Made by a program: the position numbers and the translations under genes. From assembly GCA_020632535.1 (NCBI GenBank), contig JACKFJ010000001.1:346890-410889 (forward strand): DNA of 64,000 nt, in the 5' to 3' direction. Positions 1 through 10,101 of the stretch are shown here, piece by piece. The stretch comes from Candidatus Omnitrophota bacterium (GTDB lineage: Bacteria > Omnitrophota > Gorgyraeia > Zapsychrales > JANLHA01). The notes beneath the pieces are model-generated. The model saw only the letters and a list, made by a program, of their open reading frames with translations, was not told where the DNA came from and did not search any database. Every line of letters starts with the position of its first letter. Position 1 is the first letter of the stretch.

Positions 1-500
1 AGAAATACGTTGAAATTCCTTCAGATAAAATCCGTTTTGATCAGGCGCCGCGCATGAAAGCCGACGAGATTACCGACGCCACAATGCAACTTCTACAATC
101 CGGAGAATTCAAATTTGGTCGTCTCAATTATCCCAACGGTGATATGGTCGGCCATACGGGCGTTCCCGCCGCGATTATTACATCTGTTGAAGCGGTTGAT
201 GAAGGTCTTACAAAACTTGTTAAAGTTGTTTCAGATCTTAAAGGAATTTGTGTCATTCTTGCCGATCACGGGAATGCGGATGAAATGTTTACTGTTAAGA
301 ACGGGAAGAAAATTGTTAGTACCGCGCATTCGCTTAATCCGGTTCCTTTTATTATTGTTGATCCGCAATATCAGGGGGAGTATGAAATTGCCGATCTTAA
401 GGAGCGTGGTCTCGCTAATGTCGCTGCGACGTTATTTAATTTGCTCGGTTATGAACAGCCCAAAGATTATGCGCCATCATTAATTCGGTTTAAATCTTAG
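1..500 (+). CDS. gpmI: 2,3-bisphosphoglycerate-independent phosphoglycerate mutase, C-terminal fragment (5' end outside window; codon phase enters at nt 3)
   Basis: Frame is open from the window edge. C-terminal iPGM signatures ILADHGNADEM and TAHSLNPVPFII. Stop at 498-500. Confidence 0.8.
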   Translation, partial: KYVEIPSDKIRFDQAPRMKADEITDATMQLLQSGEFKFGRLNYPNGDMVGHTGVPAAIITSVEAVDEGLTKLVKVVSDLKGICVILADHGNADEMFTVKNGKKIVSTAHSLNPVPFIIVDPQYQGEYEIADLKERGLANVAATLFNLLGYEQPKDYAPSLIRFKS

Positions 501-616
501 TTTTTTCTCGCCAGTTTTGTTCTTTCAAAAGCTTTTAATTCCGTTTTAGTCGTTCGTTGCGTACGCTCTGTGTATATGCTATTCTTTATCTGTGTTTCCA
601 ATTATAAGGAGAAGAT

Positions 617-3600
617 ATGCCAACTAAGAAATTCGTCTATGTGTTTGTTGTTTTGTCTTTTGTTATTAATTTAATATCTCCAACATTTTCATTCGCCCAA
701 GAAATTGATTTAAAACTCCCGCCTCCATCCAAAATCAAACCGATCAGTAAAGTTTACGCGCCGGCGATGATTAAAGCGGTTACGGTTAATCCGAAAGATC
801 CGTTTCTTTTTGATTTCATTATTGATCGTGGGGATAGTGATCTGAGCGACGAGGCTTTTGAAGTTGAGACACAGAAACTTGTTAAATATTTTTTAGCTGC
901 GTTAACAATTCCGGAAAGTGATTTGTGGGTCAATCTTTCTCCGTACGAAAAAGATGCGATGGTGCCGCAAGTTTTGGGCGTGACGGAATTAGGCAAGGAC
1001 TTGCTGGTTGAAGACTATTATTTAAAGCAAGTCACGGCCGCGATGACGAATCCCAATACACCGACGGGTAAGAAGTTTTGGTCCTTGGCATACGCGAAAG
1101 CGCAAGAACTTTATGGAACGAAGCAAGTTCCGATTAATACTTTTAGCAAGGTGTGGATTGTCCCAGATCAGGCAACTGTCCTTGAAAAAGACGGCAGCGC
1201 CTTTATCGCCGACAGTCATTTGAAGGTTTTTCTTGATCAGGATTATTTAGCAATTACAAAGAATTTGGATAATAAGGAGATTGGTACAGACAAACTGGGG
1301 ACAGCTAAAACACAGGATATTAATGGTTTTTCGTCGGCGATTATTCGTGACGTTGTTTTACCCGAAATTGAAAAAGAAGTTAATGCCGGCGAGAATTTTG
1401 CCACGGTTCGGCAGATTTACAGTTCAGCAATTTTAGCCGCGTGGTACAAAAAGCGTTTGAAGGAAAGCCTTCTTGGTAAACTTTACGCGGATCAAGGCAA
1501 AGTCGCGGGTGTCAACGCGGCAGACATGGATTCAGGGGACAAGATTTTTGAGAAATACACGGCGGCCTTAAAGACTGGTGCGTATAACATTATCAAACAG
1601 GATTTTGATCTTTCGACGCAAAAAATTTTACAGCGTAAATATTTTTCTGGCGGTGTCAAAATGGCTCCGACCGCGAGTACGGCAATTAAGCAATGGACTC
1701 CACAAGTAGTTGAGACATTGAATCCGGCAGCCAAGCTCGCTGTCTCGTCAGCGGTTGCAAGTATTCAAAGAGCTTCCTCTGGCGCGGTAGGTCAAGCAAA
1801 AGTACCTTCGCGTTTTTCTGTCGCTAGTGTTCGTGTCGCAAATGCTTCCGCGGCTGTTACCGAGCGTGTAAATGCAAGAGTGCAAAATAATCAATCGTTT
1901 CGATCCACAGGAGCATGGGACAGTGCTGAAATTGCTCGTACACTTTTAGAGAGATTGCAAGAAGCCCCTGCTCAAGATTCAAGTGTGATTGAAGATCTTG
2001 CGATTCGTGCCGCATTAACAACAACTCCTGCTAATTTATCAACTGCTCTCAATTTGAATTCTACTTTGCAAGGCCTTCCAGAGAATACGAAAAATAGTAT
2101 GCGTGATGGGTTGGCAAATGTTAAACCAGAAATGATTGGGAACCCCGGGTTAGTTAATGGAACTTCGCCGGTACGGACATTGATCGAAGTTGCTAAGAGA
2201 AATCCAAGTGATATGTTAGATAGTCTTGGAATGGGATCAGCGGAATTGGCGATGTATCTCGTTGCAAAGGAAGGCCCCCAATCCGATAGTCAATTAGAAA
2301 AAATTGGTTTTACTCCGGAGCAAGTATCACGTATTCAAGGGTATGTTAGTCGTTTGGAGGAAACAGCTCCCGCTAAATGGACCGAACTTAAAACACATGT
2401 TAATAATCCCGGGATTTTTGCAAATGAAGCAAATAATCTCTTGGCTAATGCGCATCAATTGGATGCGACGGGAAGAACAGAAAGTTTTCAGCAGTTTAAG
2501 CAACAAATGCCAAGAGCGATTGCGGACTTAAGTGGGACACAGGCAGTTTCATCAAGCAGTGCTTTACAAGAGCGCAATGATTTGCAAGCGGTTATTTTAA
2601 TTAACAGTGTACAGCAAGCAGGTCTTGCAAATTATTATGAGCAAAGTTCTAATCCGCAAATTCGAGATAATGCGTCAAAAATTAGTGCTGCAATGGTAAA
2701 AGTTGCAGAAAATCCAAATAATTTCCGAAATCCATCAGCGCTCGTTATGGCTTTGGAATCTACCGACAGAAGCTTGTCTCCAGAGGTGATCTTGGCTGTT
2801 TCGAATGCCCCGGCAATTGCTGAACTTGCCAATGTGCAGCGGACTTCTTTTTCAAATCAGCAAAATGCTTTGAGTGCATTGCCATTTGCTGATGAAGCAA
2901 CGATTAGTCAGGCTTTGTCTGCCGCTGGTGTTGCAAACGCGCCACAAGTGGCAAAAAATTTTACGACATTTCGTAACGAAAATCCGACAGCCGCGAGAAA
3001 TACATCCACACTCGCAAGTGCTAATCAAAGTGAAATGGCCGGTGCTTTCGAGCAAGCCGCAACAACTTCAGGTTTTCAGCAAGCGATGACGCCGTATGTC
3101 GCGACAAATTCGGATCCGCAATGGAGTGTGTTAGCTTTTGCTCCAGAGAATGACGTAGCGGAAGCGATTAGAGTTTCGGCAAAAAAGACAATGACCGAAG
3201 CACGTGCGGCTGCAAAACAAATTGCAGATGTTCGTCGCAAAAATCCAAGCGCATTGCGCAATGCTGATACGTTCAGGGCTGCTGTTGAAGCTCCTGTGGC
3301 AGAGGACATAGGGAATTTGGTTGCGCAAAATGCTTTTGTCGGGCTAGTCAATAGATATTCACCACCGACAGCCGCGATTAACAAAGCCAATATTAATGTT
3401 GTTGCGCATCAGCTGTACGGCGCGATGTCAGAAAAAGATCGAAGTGATTTGCGTCTTACAAGCGTTGCACAGGTCGGAAGATTATTGGCGTCGGCGCAGG
3501 GAAGTGGCGCTTTGAATGATGCGGATAAACTCGCGAGTACGCGTAAACTTAATACTCTTTTGACATTGCCAAGTGTTCAACCCGTAGCGAGAAATCTGTT

Positions 3601-4132
3601 GGGGGAAGGACCCACAACAGCATCTTCAACTATTAATTACATCCAAAATGTTTTAGCTCCTAATGTTAATGACGCGACATTAGTAAAATCTATTAATGAT
3701 TCCTTACCTAAAAAATTCACTGCGCCACAAAAAGGTTTAGTCGCAGAGGGGTTTTCGACAATTAAGCAAACTGCTGCTGAAAATCCGGCTTTAGCGGCAA
3801 GAATTGCTGAGGTGGCAACGGTTAGTCAACTTATGGCCGTCATAGAAAGTGACGCTTCTTTGTCGGGAAAGATTAGTGGAGCGCAAATAGCCCAGATGCA
3901 ACGGGTAGAAGATCGTGATATTCAGAAACTCGGTGGTATCGATTTAAGTGCGGAGCGTATGGACTTGCAGATTAATCGCGACGGAAATGGTGTGGTCTTG
4001 CCGATTTCTGATCAAGACCTTAAAGATTTAAAAATTGATGGTTTAGCTCCAATTATTCTTGGTGTTGAGCCAGCAACGCCGGCTAGCGTGCCGTTCTTGA
4101 TGAATTTGTCTGGTGGAACGACCGGTAAATAA
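617..4132 (+). CDS. large secreted/surface protein of unknown function (1171 aa)
   Basis: RBS aaggagaag precedes the ATG. N-terminal signal-like segment VYVFVVLSFVINLISPTFSFAQE. Ordered-looking N-terminal (~330 aa) and C-terminal (~90 aa) regions flank ~750 aa of Cys-free Ala/Ser/Asn/Gln-rich sequence with recurring NP-x-A and FRN motifs. A hairpin terminator follows. Confidence 0.75.
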   Translation: MPTKKFVYVFVVLSFVINLISPTFSFAQEIDLKLPPPSKIKPISKVYAPAMIKAVTVNPKDPFLFDFIIDRGDSDLSDEAFEVETQKLVKYFLAALTIPESDLWVNLSPYEKDAMVPQVLGVTELGKDLLVEDYYLKQVTAAMTNPNTPTGKKFWSLAYAKAQELYGTKQVPINTFSKVWIVPDQATVLEKDGSAFIADSHLKVFLDQDYLAITKNLDNKEIGTDKLGTAKTQDINGFSSAIIRDVVLPEIEKEVNAGENFATVRQIYSSAILAAWYKKRLKESLLGKLYADQGKVAGVNAADMDSGDKIFEKYTAALKTGAYNIIKQDFDLSTQKILQRKYFSGGVKMAPTASTAIKQWTPQVVETLNPAAKLAVSSAVASIQRASSGAVGQAKVPSRFSVASVRVANASAAVTERVNARVQNNQSFRSTGAWDSAEIARTLLERLQEAPAQDSSVIEDLAIRAALTTTPANLSTALNLNSTLQGLPENTKNSMRDGLANVKPEMIGNPGLVNGTSPVRTLIEVAKRNPSDMLDSLGMGSAELAMYLVAKEGPQSDSQLEKIGFTPEQVSRIQGYVSRLEETAPAKWTELKTHVNNPGIFANEANNLLANAHQLDATGRTESFQQFKQQMPRAIADLSGTQAVSSSSALQERNDLQAVILINSVQQAGLANYYEQSSNPQIRDNASKISAAMVKVAENPNNFRNPSALVMALESTDRSLSPEVILAVSNAPAIAELANVQRTSFSNQQNALSALPFADEATISQALSAAGVANAPQVAKNFTTFRNENPTAARNTSTLASANQSEMAGAFEQAATTSGFQQAMTPYVATNSDPQWSVLAFAPENDVAEAIRVSAKKTMTEARAAAKQIADVRRKNPSALRNADTFRAAVEAPVAEDIGNLVAQNAFVGLVNRYSPPTAAINKANINVVAHQLYGAMSEKDRSDLRLTSVAQVGRLLASAQGSGALNDADKLASTRKLNTLLTLPSVQPVARNLLGEGPTTASSTINYIQNVLAPNVNDATLVKSINDSLPKKFTAPQKGLVAEGFSTIKQTAAENPALAARIAEVATVSQLMAVIESDASLSGKISGAQIAQMQRVEDRDIQKLGGIDLSAERMDLQINRDGNGVVLPISDQDLKDLKIDGLAPIILGVEPATPASVPFLMNLSGGTTGK

Positions 4133-4155
4133 AAAAGTTTTACGAGGTAAATTCT

Positions 4156-4190
4156 AAGGGAATCAGCTTAAAACTGATTCCCTTTTTATT
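4156..4190 (+). terminator. rho-independent terminator after the large secreted protein gene
   Basis: aagggaatcag / ctgattccctt stem followed by a T-run (tttttatt). Confidence 0.6.
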
Positions 4191-4250
4191 TGTAAAAAAG
4201 CGATATTTTATGCCTAAACGACTTAAATTTCGATAAAATACAGACTAAAT

Positions 4251-5930
4251 ATGCGCTTGAAAGAACTTCATAATTATTCCCACGTACAACTTCTTTTATT
4301 CCTTTTTATTTTGAGTTTTATTTTCTTGATGATGGGTAATGGGACTTTGAGTTTAACGCATCCGGATGAGGTGTTTTATATTCAAACCGCTAAGGAAATG
4401 ATTCAAAAGCATAGTTGGATGACGCCGTATATTTTTGACGCTCCGCAATTTGAAAAGCCAATATTTGCGTATTGGCTTTTTATTATCGCCATTAAAATTT
4501 TTGGGCTAACATCGTTTGCTGGTCGTTTTGCTCCTTCTTTGTTTGGAATGTTGGCGATACCAGTAATTTATGGTGTGGCTTGGGTTTTATTCAAAAATAA
4601 GCGCTTGTCCTTTTTGTCCAGCTTAATTTTAATGACGAGCGTTATTCATATTGCCTTATCGCGCGCGGTCTTGACTGATATGATTTTTTCAGTTTGGGTG
4701 ACACTTGCGATTGGCGCTTTTTATTGGGGATATCAAAATCAACAGAATAAAAATAAAAGTTTACTTCTTTGTGGGGTGTTTTGTGGGTTTGCGGTTTTGA
4801 CGAAGGGGTTATTGGGGATTTGTTTTCCCTTTGGAGCAATCGCCTTATTTCTATTATTTAAAAAAGATGTTCAGTTTTTAAAAAGTTGGTACACATTATT
4901 TGCTAGTATTGTGATCCTTGTGATTGCTTTACCTTGGCATATTGTGATGTTTCATCTTTATGGTCAGCCCTTTCTTCATGAATATTTTCAAAATGTCCAT
5001 TTTCGCCGTATTCTGGAAGCTGAGCATGCAAGAGCGAATACTTGGTATTTTTATCCTTTTACCGTCGTTATGGGTGTCATGCCGTGGACGGTATTTTTGT
5101 TTTCTGCGATAGGTGCTTTTATCGCGGGGTTAAAAGCGAAGGGTAAGGACCAACAGCCATTATTATTTCTTTTGGCGTGGGTGATCTCGATGTTCATTTT
5201 TGTTCAACCGGCCGCTTCAAAACTAGCGAGTTATATTCTTCCAATCTTTCCGGCAATGGCAATTATCTTAGCTTATTACTTGGATAAAGTTATTTGGGGT
5301 TCGACGGCAAATCTCTCTTCGGGTTTTCGAAGATCGGGGTATTTTTGGGTTGTGATGCTATTTTTAGCGGCGATTGCGATTCCATTTGCGGCTCAAAAAT
5401 ACAGTTCGTATATTCCAACATATGTTCCGGTATGGTTCTTGATTTTTGCGCTCATTGCGACGGGGACTATTCTTTTTGTGAACTTGCGACGAAATAAATT
5501 CATTCGAGTTATAGGGATTATCCCCGTTATACCATTTGTGATAATCATGACATGCGCTTTAATTTATAAGCATGCCGAAATTTGGGTGTCATGTAAAACG
5601 GTTTCCGAGGAATTAAAAAAATATGATCAAAGTAACAGTACAGTATTAACCAGTAAATTCTATGTTCGTGGTGTGCGTTATTATACAGATCGTCCAGTTG
5701 CCGTTATCGATCTTGCTGGCGCGCCATTCTTTAGTCATCATCCGATCCCTTTTTTGGATGAGGATAATAAAGTCTTAAAATTCTTAAACACGCAAGCAGT
5801 CACGTTTTGTATTGTTAAAAAATCAAGTTTTGAGAATTTAGAGCGTATCATTTTGCGCGGCAATTTTAAATTGACGGTTTTGTCCAGTCGGGGAGGGAAA
5901 TACCTTTTAAAAATTATTCGGCCAAATTAG
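4251..5930 (+). CDS. GT-C membrane glycosyltransferase, ArnT/PMT (GT39/GT83) family
   Basis: Many hydrophobic helices. The first periplasmic loop has HPDEVFYIQTAKEM (a DE-x-x-Y type motif of ArnT/PMT_2 enzymes). Confidence 0.75.
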   Translation: MRLKELHNYSHVQLLLFLFILSFIFLMMGNGTLSLTHPDEVFYIQTAKEMIQKHSWMTPYIFDAPQFEKPIFAYWLFIIAIKIFGLTSFAGRFAPSLFGMLAIPVIYGVAWVLFKNKRLSFLSSLILMTSVIHIALSRAVLTDMIFSVWVTLAIGAFYWGYQNQQNKNKSLLLCGVFCGFAVLTKGLLGICFPFGAIALFLLFKKDVQFLKSWYTLFASIVILVIALPWHIVMFHLYGQPFLHEYFQNVHFRRILEAEHARANTWYFYPFTVVMGVMPWTVFLFSAIGAFIAGLKAKGKDQQPLLFLLAWVISMFIFVQPAASKLASYILPIFPAMAIILAYYLDKVIWGSTANLSSGFRRSGYFWVVMLFLAAIAIPFAAQKYSSYIPTYVPVWFLIFALIATGTILFVNLRRNKFIRVIGIIPVIPFVIIMTCALIYKHAEIWVSCKTVSEELKKYDQSNSTVLTSKFYVRGVRYYTDRPVAVIDLAGAPFFSHHPIPFLDEDNKVLKFLNTQAVTFCIVKKSSFENLERIILRGNFKLTVLSSRGGKYLLKIIRPN

Positions 5931-5993
5931 AGTGATTTTGTTGCGATCTGCAGTATGACGGGCATTCTGCAGAACATGAACAGGAGGAAACTC

Positions 5994-6200
5994 ATGGTCA
6001 AAGGGAAGATCAAATGGTTTAATAATAAAAAAGGTTTTGGATTCATTGTTGGAGAAGGCGGGAATGATGTTTTCGTGCATTTTTCCGCGATTAAACAAGA
6101 TGGTTACAAAACCCTTACAACCGATGATCAAGTTGAATATGAGTTAATTAAAAGCGATAAGGGCGATCAGGCTCAGAATGTGAGAAAAATCAGCGTCTGA
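5994..6200 (+). CDS. cold-shock protein (CspA family)
   Basis: [15 protein letters not shown] and DVFVHFSAI (RNP1/RNP2 motifs). RBS aggagg lies 7 nt upstream of ATG 5994, so the longer ORF from 5955 is probably an N-terminal over-extension. Confidence 0.9.
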   Translation: MVKGKIKWFNNKKGFGFIVGEGGNDVFVHFSAIKQDGYKTLTTDDQVEYELIKSDKGDQAQNVRKISV

Positions 6201-6284
6201 TTTGGATAATCTTTGAGGATTAAGCGCCAGGATCTCCGTCAATAACGATGGGTTTCTGGCGTTTTAACAGAAAGCCAATTCCAC

Positions 6285-7166
6285 ATGAATGTTAAGTTGA
6301 ATTCGAATAAAGTCTGGCAATTTTCCTGCTGTTTGGCAAATCGTGATTCGTTGACGGGAGAACTTCTTTATGGTGTCTTATTGCAGGCAGGGATTAAGCC
6401 GGAGGAAATTGTTGAAATAAAGCAAAAAAAACAGCATAAAATTATTGTTTATTTTTCTTTAAAGAATTTTGCGCAAAAACTAGTGACACGTATTGCTAAG
6501 CTCAATTTGCGTGGTGTTGTGATGTCACTGAAAATTTTAAGAAAGAGTGATTGGCAGGATCGTTGGAAAAAGGGAATTAAGCCATTTGCGCTTACAAAGC
6601 GTATCGATATCGTTCCTCGTTGGGCGGCAAAGCAATATCGAAAAACAAAAAAGATCCCGATTTATATTGATACCAATTTAGCTTTTGGAACAGGGCTGCA
6701 TGAGACGACACGATTTATGGCGCAATTGATCGAAAAGAGTCGCGCTAATTTTCAATCTTTTCTTGATGTGGGCACCGGCAGTGGAATTTTGTCCATTGTC
6801 GCGCATATTAGTGGAGCAGAGAGCATTGTGGCCATGGATATTGATAGGCAAAGTATCGGCGTGGCTAAATCCAACTTTGCCGCGAACAATGTCATGAATA
6901 TCAAAATTTTTTGTGCCGATTTACAAAAATGGAAGAAGCAAGCAAAATATGATATTGTCGCTGCGAATCTTGTCAGCAATGATCTTATTGCATTTGGCAA
7001 TAAACTTGTTGCTGTGGTCAAATCACAAAAGTATTTAGCGGTTTCGGGGATTTCTCTAAAGAATTTGGCATTAGTACGAAAATCTTTTGCTAAACTTGCT
7101 TTGAGTGAAGTAAAGATTTTACGCGGCAAAATGTGGGCGGCGATATTGTATCAAAGGAAAAGTTGA
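6285..7166 (+). CDS. prmA: ribosomal protein L11 methyltransferase
   Basis: LAFGTGLHETTRFMAQLIE and FLDVGTGSGILSI (SAM-binding motif) in the PrmA arrangement. Confidence 0.85.
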   Translation: MNVKLNSNKVWQFSCCLANRDSLTGELLYGVLLQAGIKPEEIVEIKQKKQHKIIVYFSLKNFAQKLVTRIAKLNLRGVVMSLKILRKSDWQDRWKKGIKPFALTKRIDIVPRWAAKQYRKTKKIPIYIDTNLAFGTGLHETTRFMAQLIEKSRANFQSFLDVGTGSGILSIVAHISGAESIVAMDIDRQSIGVAKSNFAANNVMNIKIFCADLQKWKKQAKYDIVAANLVSNDLIAFGNKLVAVVKSQKYLAVSGISLKNLALVRKSFAKLALSEVKILRGKMWAAILYQRKS

Positions 7167-7167
7167 A

Positions 7168-7584
7168 ATGATCCCTGCCGGGAATTCAAAATATACTAAA
7201 ATAATTGCTTGGATGCGAGTGCTTGGTGTCGTTGAGAAGGATTTTTGTGAACAATTTTTATGTTCACCGGGCAAGGGTGGACAAAACGTCAATAAAGTTG
7301 AAACAGCCGTATATTTGACGCATGCCCCAACCAGCTTGAGTGTCAAGTGTCACAGTCAACGCACGCAAGGCGCGAATCGCCTTGAAGCTTGGTTAACCCT
7401 TTTAGGAAAAATCGAAAAGGAGCAGAAGCGTCGTCGACAAGTTGAAGTTGCGAAAAGAGAAAAACTACGGCGACAAAAGCGCGGCCGGAGTTCTTTGGGT
7501 AAGGAAAGAATGCTAGCGAATAAAAAACTGCATGCGCGTAAGAAACTTGAACGTAGTCAAAAGTTTCACCGTCACGAGACTTAA
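7168..7584 (+). CDS. GGQ-domain peptidyl-tRNA hydrolase, ArfB/ICT1-like ribosome rescue factor (start uncertain; alternative ATG at 7213)
   Basis: GKGGQNVNKVETAVYLTHAPTSLSVKCHSQRTQ (release-factor GGQ domain) followed by a long Arg/Lys-rich C-terminal tail. No codon-recognition domain is present. Confidence 0.7.
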   Translation: MIPAGNSKYTKIIAWMRVLGVVEKDFCEQFLCSPGKGGQNVNKVETAVYLTHAPTSLSVKCHSQRTQGANRLEAWLTLLGKIEKEQKRRRQVEVAKREKLRRQKRGRSSLGKERMLANKKLHARKKLERSQKFHRHET

Positions 7585-7585
7585 T

Positions 7586-8344
7586 ATGAATAAAATTTTT
7601 GGTATTATAATAAGTTTTATTCTCGTTTTAGGGATGTCTTCATCAGTTTACTCTCGTGAACCGCTTATGGTTTTCGCGGCCGCGAGTTTGAGTGACGCGC
7701 TTAAGGAGCTGGGAATTATTTTTGAAAAGGAATATAAAGTTCCTGTTCGTTTTAATCTTGGCGGGTCTTTATCTTTGCGTTTGCAGATTGAGAATGGATC
7801 GCCGTGTGATGTGTTTTTAGCGGCCGATCAAGCGAGTATGTCTAAGTTGGTCGCAAAGAAAATGATTGAAGAAAAGGACTCCGTGAATTTGCTTCGTAAT
7901 CGACTGGTCATTGTTGCGGATACGGATTATGAGGAGAATTTTAGCAGTTTATATGATTTACATCTGAATGCTGGCGATAATCTCGCGATCGCGGATCCCA
8001 AGATCGCGCCTGCGGGTGTTTACGCGATGCAGGCACTCACTAAGGCGGGATTAAAGGATAAGTATCAGGATTTTATTGTACCGGCGCTTGATGTGCGTGC
8101 GGCTTTAGCGCTTGTTCAAAGTGGGAACGCAAAATATGCGATTGTTTATTCTTCGGATGCCCGCCTTGTGCGACATGTCAAAGTCATTTATCAAGTTCCT
8201 AGTCAATTACATGACCCCATTATTTATACGGCTACGACTTTGAAGTCGATTATTAACCCGGTCCCGAGTCGTAATTTTTTGACCTTTTTGCAGACTAATG
8301 AGAGTAAAATGATATTTCAAAAATATGGTTTTCAATCTTTTTAA
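7586..8344 (+). CDS. modA: molybdate ABC transporter substrate-binding protein
   Basis: Signal peptide, then VFAAASLSDALKEL and IADPKIAPAGVYA motifs typical of ModA. ATG 7586 sits directly after the upstream stop. Followed by modB and modC. Confidence 0.85.
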   Translation: MNKIFGIIISFILVLGMSSSVYSREPLMVFAAASLSDALKELGIIFEKEYKVPVRFNLGGSLSLRLQIENGSPCDVFLAADQASMSKLVAKKMIEEKDSVNLLRNRLVIVADTDYEENFSSLYDLHLNAGDNLAIADPKIAPAGVYAMQALTKAGLKDKYQDFIVPALDVRAALALVQSGNAKYAIVYSSDARLVRHVKVIYQVPSQLHDPIIYTATTLKSIINPVPSRNFLTFLQTNESKMIFQKYGFQSF

Positions 8345-9020
8345 TACTGAACTCTGGTCGGCCGTAGGATTATCTTTGCTGTGCGGTTTATTAAGCGCCT
8401 TGCTAAGTATTCCGTGGGGTATCTTTTGGGGTTGGATTTTTGCTCGAAAAGATTTTACCGGCAAAATCATTCTTCAGACTTTGATTTATTTACCGCTGGT
8501 ATTGCCGCCAGTATTGACAGGGTATGTTTTGTTAATGCTTCTGGGACGCAATGCCATCGTTGGAAAATGGCTATTTGATATTTTTCATTTGAGTTTTGTC
8601 TTAAATTGGAAGGGCGCGCTTTTGGCGTCTGTTGTTGTGGGTTCACCATTTATGGTTGAAGCGATGCGACAGTCTTTTAAAAATATTGATGAACGATTGG
8701 AAATGGTTGCCCGTGGATTAGGCGCGGATTCTTGGAAAGCTTTTGCGACGATCACGATGCCTTTGGCGCGCAATGGCTTGATCGGCGGTTTCTTTTTGGT
8801 TTTCGCGCGCAGTATTGGTGAATTTGGAGCTACGATTATTATTGCTGGAAATATTCCAAATAAGACGCAGACGATCCCTTTAGCAATCTTTTCAAGTATT
8901 CTCAATGGGGAGGAAAGTCGCCTGTGGCCGTTGGTGCTATTTGCTGTCATTTTTTCATATGCCGGATTAGCTCTAAATAATTTTTATCATCGTCAGGCTG
9001 AGAAGGGGCACAGAGATTAA
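8325..9020 (+). CDS. modB: molybdate ABC transporter permease
   Basis: Multi-TM protein with an EAA-loop-like MVEAMRQSFKNIDERLEMVARGLGA. Sits between modA and modC. Confidence 0.85.
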   Translation: MVFNLFNTELWSAVGLSLLCGLLSALLSIPWGIFWGWIFARKDFTGKIILQTLIYLPLVLPPVLTGYVLLMLLGRNAIVGKWLFDIFHLSFVLNWKGALLASVVVGSPFMVEAMRQSFKNIDERLEMVARGLGADSWKAFATITMPLARNGLIGGFFLVFARSIGEFGATIIIAGNIPNKTQTIPLAIFSSILNGEESRLWPLVLFAVIFSYAGLALNNFYHRQAEKGHRD

Positions 9021-10084
9021 TGTTTGTCCGCTTTAATATTCAAACGACCCTTAATTCTTTTGAGCTCCATGTCTCGGGAGAATTTCGAAATGGCATTACC
9101 GGTATTTATGGTCCGTCGGGGAGTGGAAAAACAACGCTTTTAAAATGTTTGGCGGGCTTTATTACACCTAATTCCGGCCAAATCACTGTTAATGAGCAAG
9201 TTTATTTTTCATCGGACACTAGTGTTGTCGTGCCGCTTGAAAATCGTCGTATCGCAATGGTGTGGCAAGATACGCTGCTTTTCCCACACATGACGGTTGA
9301 ACAAAATATTTTTTATGGACGGGGTAAGGACTGTTTAGCGTCTTTTTGTACCGGCGTTATTGATATTTTAGCGATTAAACCGCTTCTAAACCGTAAGCCT
9401 ATTAATCTTTCCGGTGGAGAAAAGCAACGAGTCGCGATTGCTCGTGCGCTTTTGCATGAGCCGGAGTTACTGCTTTTGGATGAACCTGTCTCGTCGCTTG
9501 ATCAAGCCTCACGTGAGAAGATACTGTCGTATTTGATAGTTATTAATCAGGAATTTAAAATTCCAATTTGTTATGTGAGTCACTCGATTTCGGAGTTAAT
9601 GTTTTTGTGCCATGAAGTTTTAACCATCGAGAGGGGCCATCGGGTACGTTTTGACAATCCAGAAAAAGTTTTTATTAATGAAAAAGAACTTTCGCAAATG
9701 GATGAGGATTTCGAAAATATTCTTGAGCTTCCTGTTCGGAATGTGCGTCGTGATGAAAGAATAGCGGAGTTAAACTTTGGTGGTGGGGTTTTAGTCGCGA
9801 CGTATCACCATTTAGCTGGATCCGCAGTTTTAAAGATCGGCCTTAAAGCCAAGGATATTTTAATTGCTCTTGAACCAATCACTGGTATTAGTGCGCGAAA
9901 TAAGATTCCTGCTGTAATCGAAAAAATTCAGTCGACGGCAGATATGGTTATGTTGTGCTGCCGCGTTAATAATTGTCGCTTGTGGGTTGAAGTCACGCCT
10001 GCTTCGTTTCGCGAACTCGGGTTACATATTTCACAAACGGTGTATTTAATTATCAAGACACGTTCGATACGTATTTTGGATTAA
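9020..10084 (+). CDS. modC: molybdate ABC transporter ATP-binding protein with C-terminal TOBE/Mop-like domain
   Basis: Walker A GPSGSGKTT, ABC signature LSGGEKQRVAIARAL, Walker B LLLLDEP, and a C-terminal beta-rich extension. Confidence 0.85.
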   Translation: MFVRFNIQTTLNSFELHVSGEFRNGITGIYGPSGSGKTTLLKCLAGFITPNSGQITVNEQVYFSSDTSVVVPLENRRIAMVWQDTLLFPHMTVEQNIFYGRGKDCLASFCTGVIDILAIKPLLNRKPINLSGGEKQRVAIARALLHEPELLLLDEPVSSLDQASREKILSYLIVINQEFKIPICYVSHSISELMFLCHEVLTIERGHRVRFDNPEKVFINEKELSQMDEDFENILELPVRNVRRDERIAELNFGGGVLVATYHHLAGSAVLKIGLKAKDILIALEPITGISARNKIPAVIEKIQSTADMVMLCCRVNNCRLWVEVTPASFRELGLHISQTVYLIIKTRSIRILD

Positions 10085-10101
10085 AATCTCAGGGGGATTG
10101 T

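Noticed and set aside
115-9000. Alternate-frame and antisense ORFs inside gpmI, the large secreted protein gene and modB (e.g. 115-483, 754-996, 3076-3390, 8585-8950)
   Set aside because: All are nested within longer ORFs that have family motifs or coherent features. Their translations are compositionally skewed and lack RBSs.
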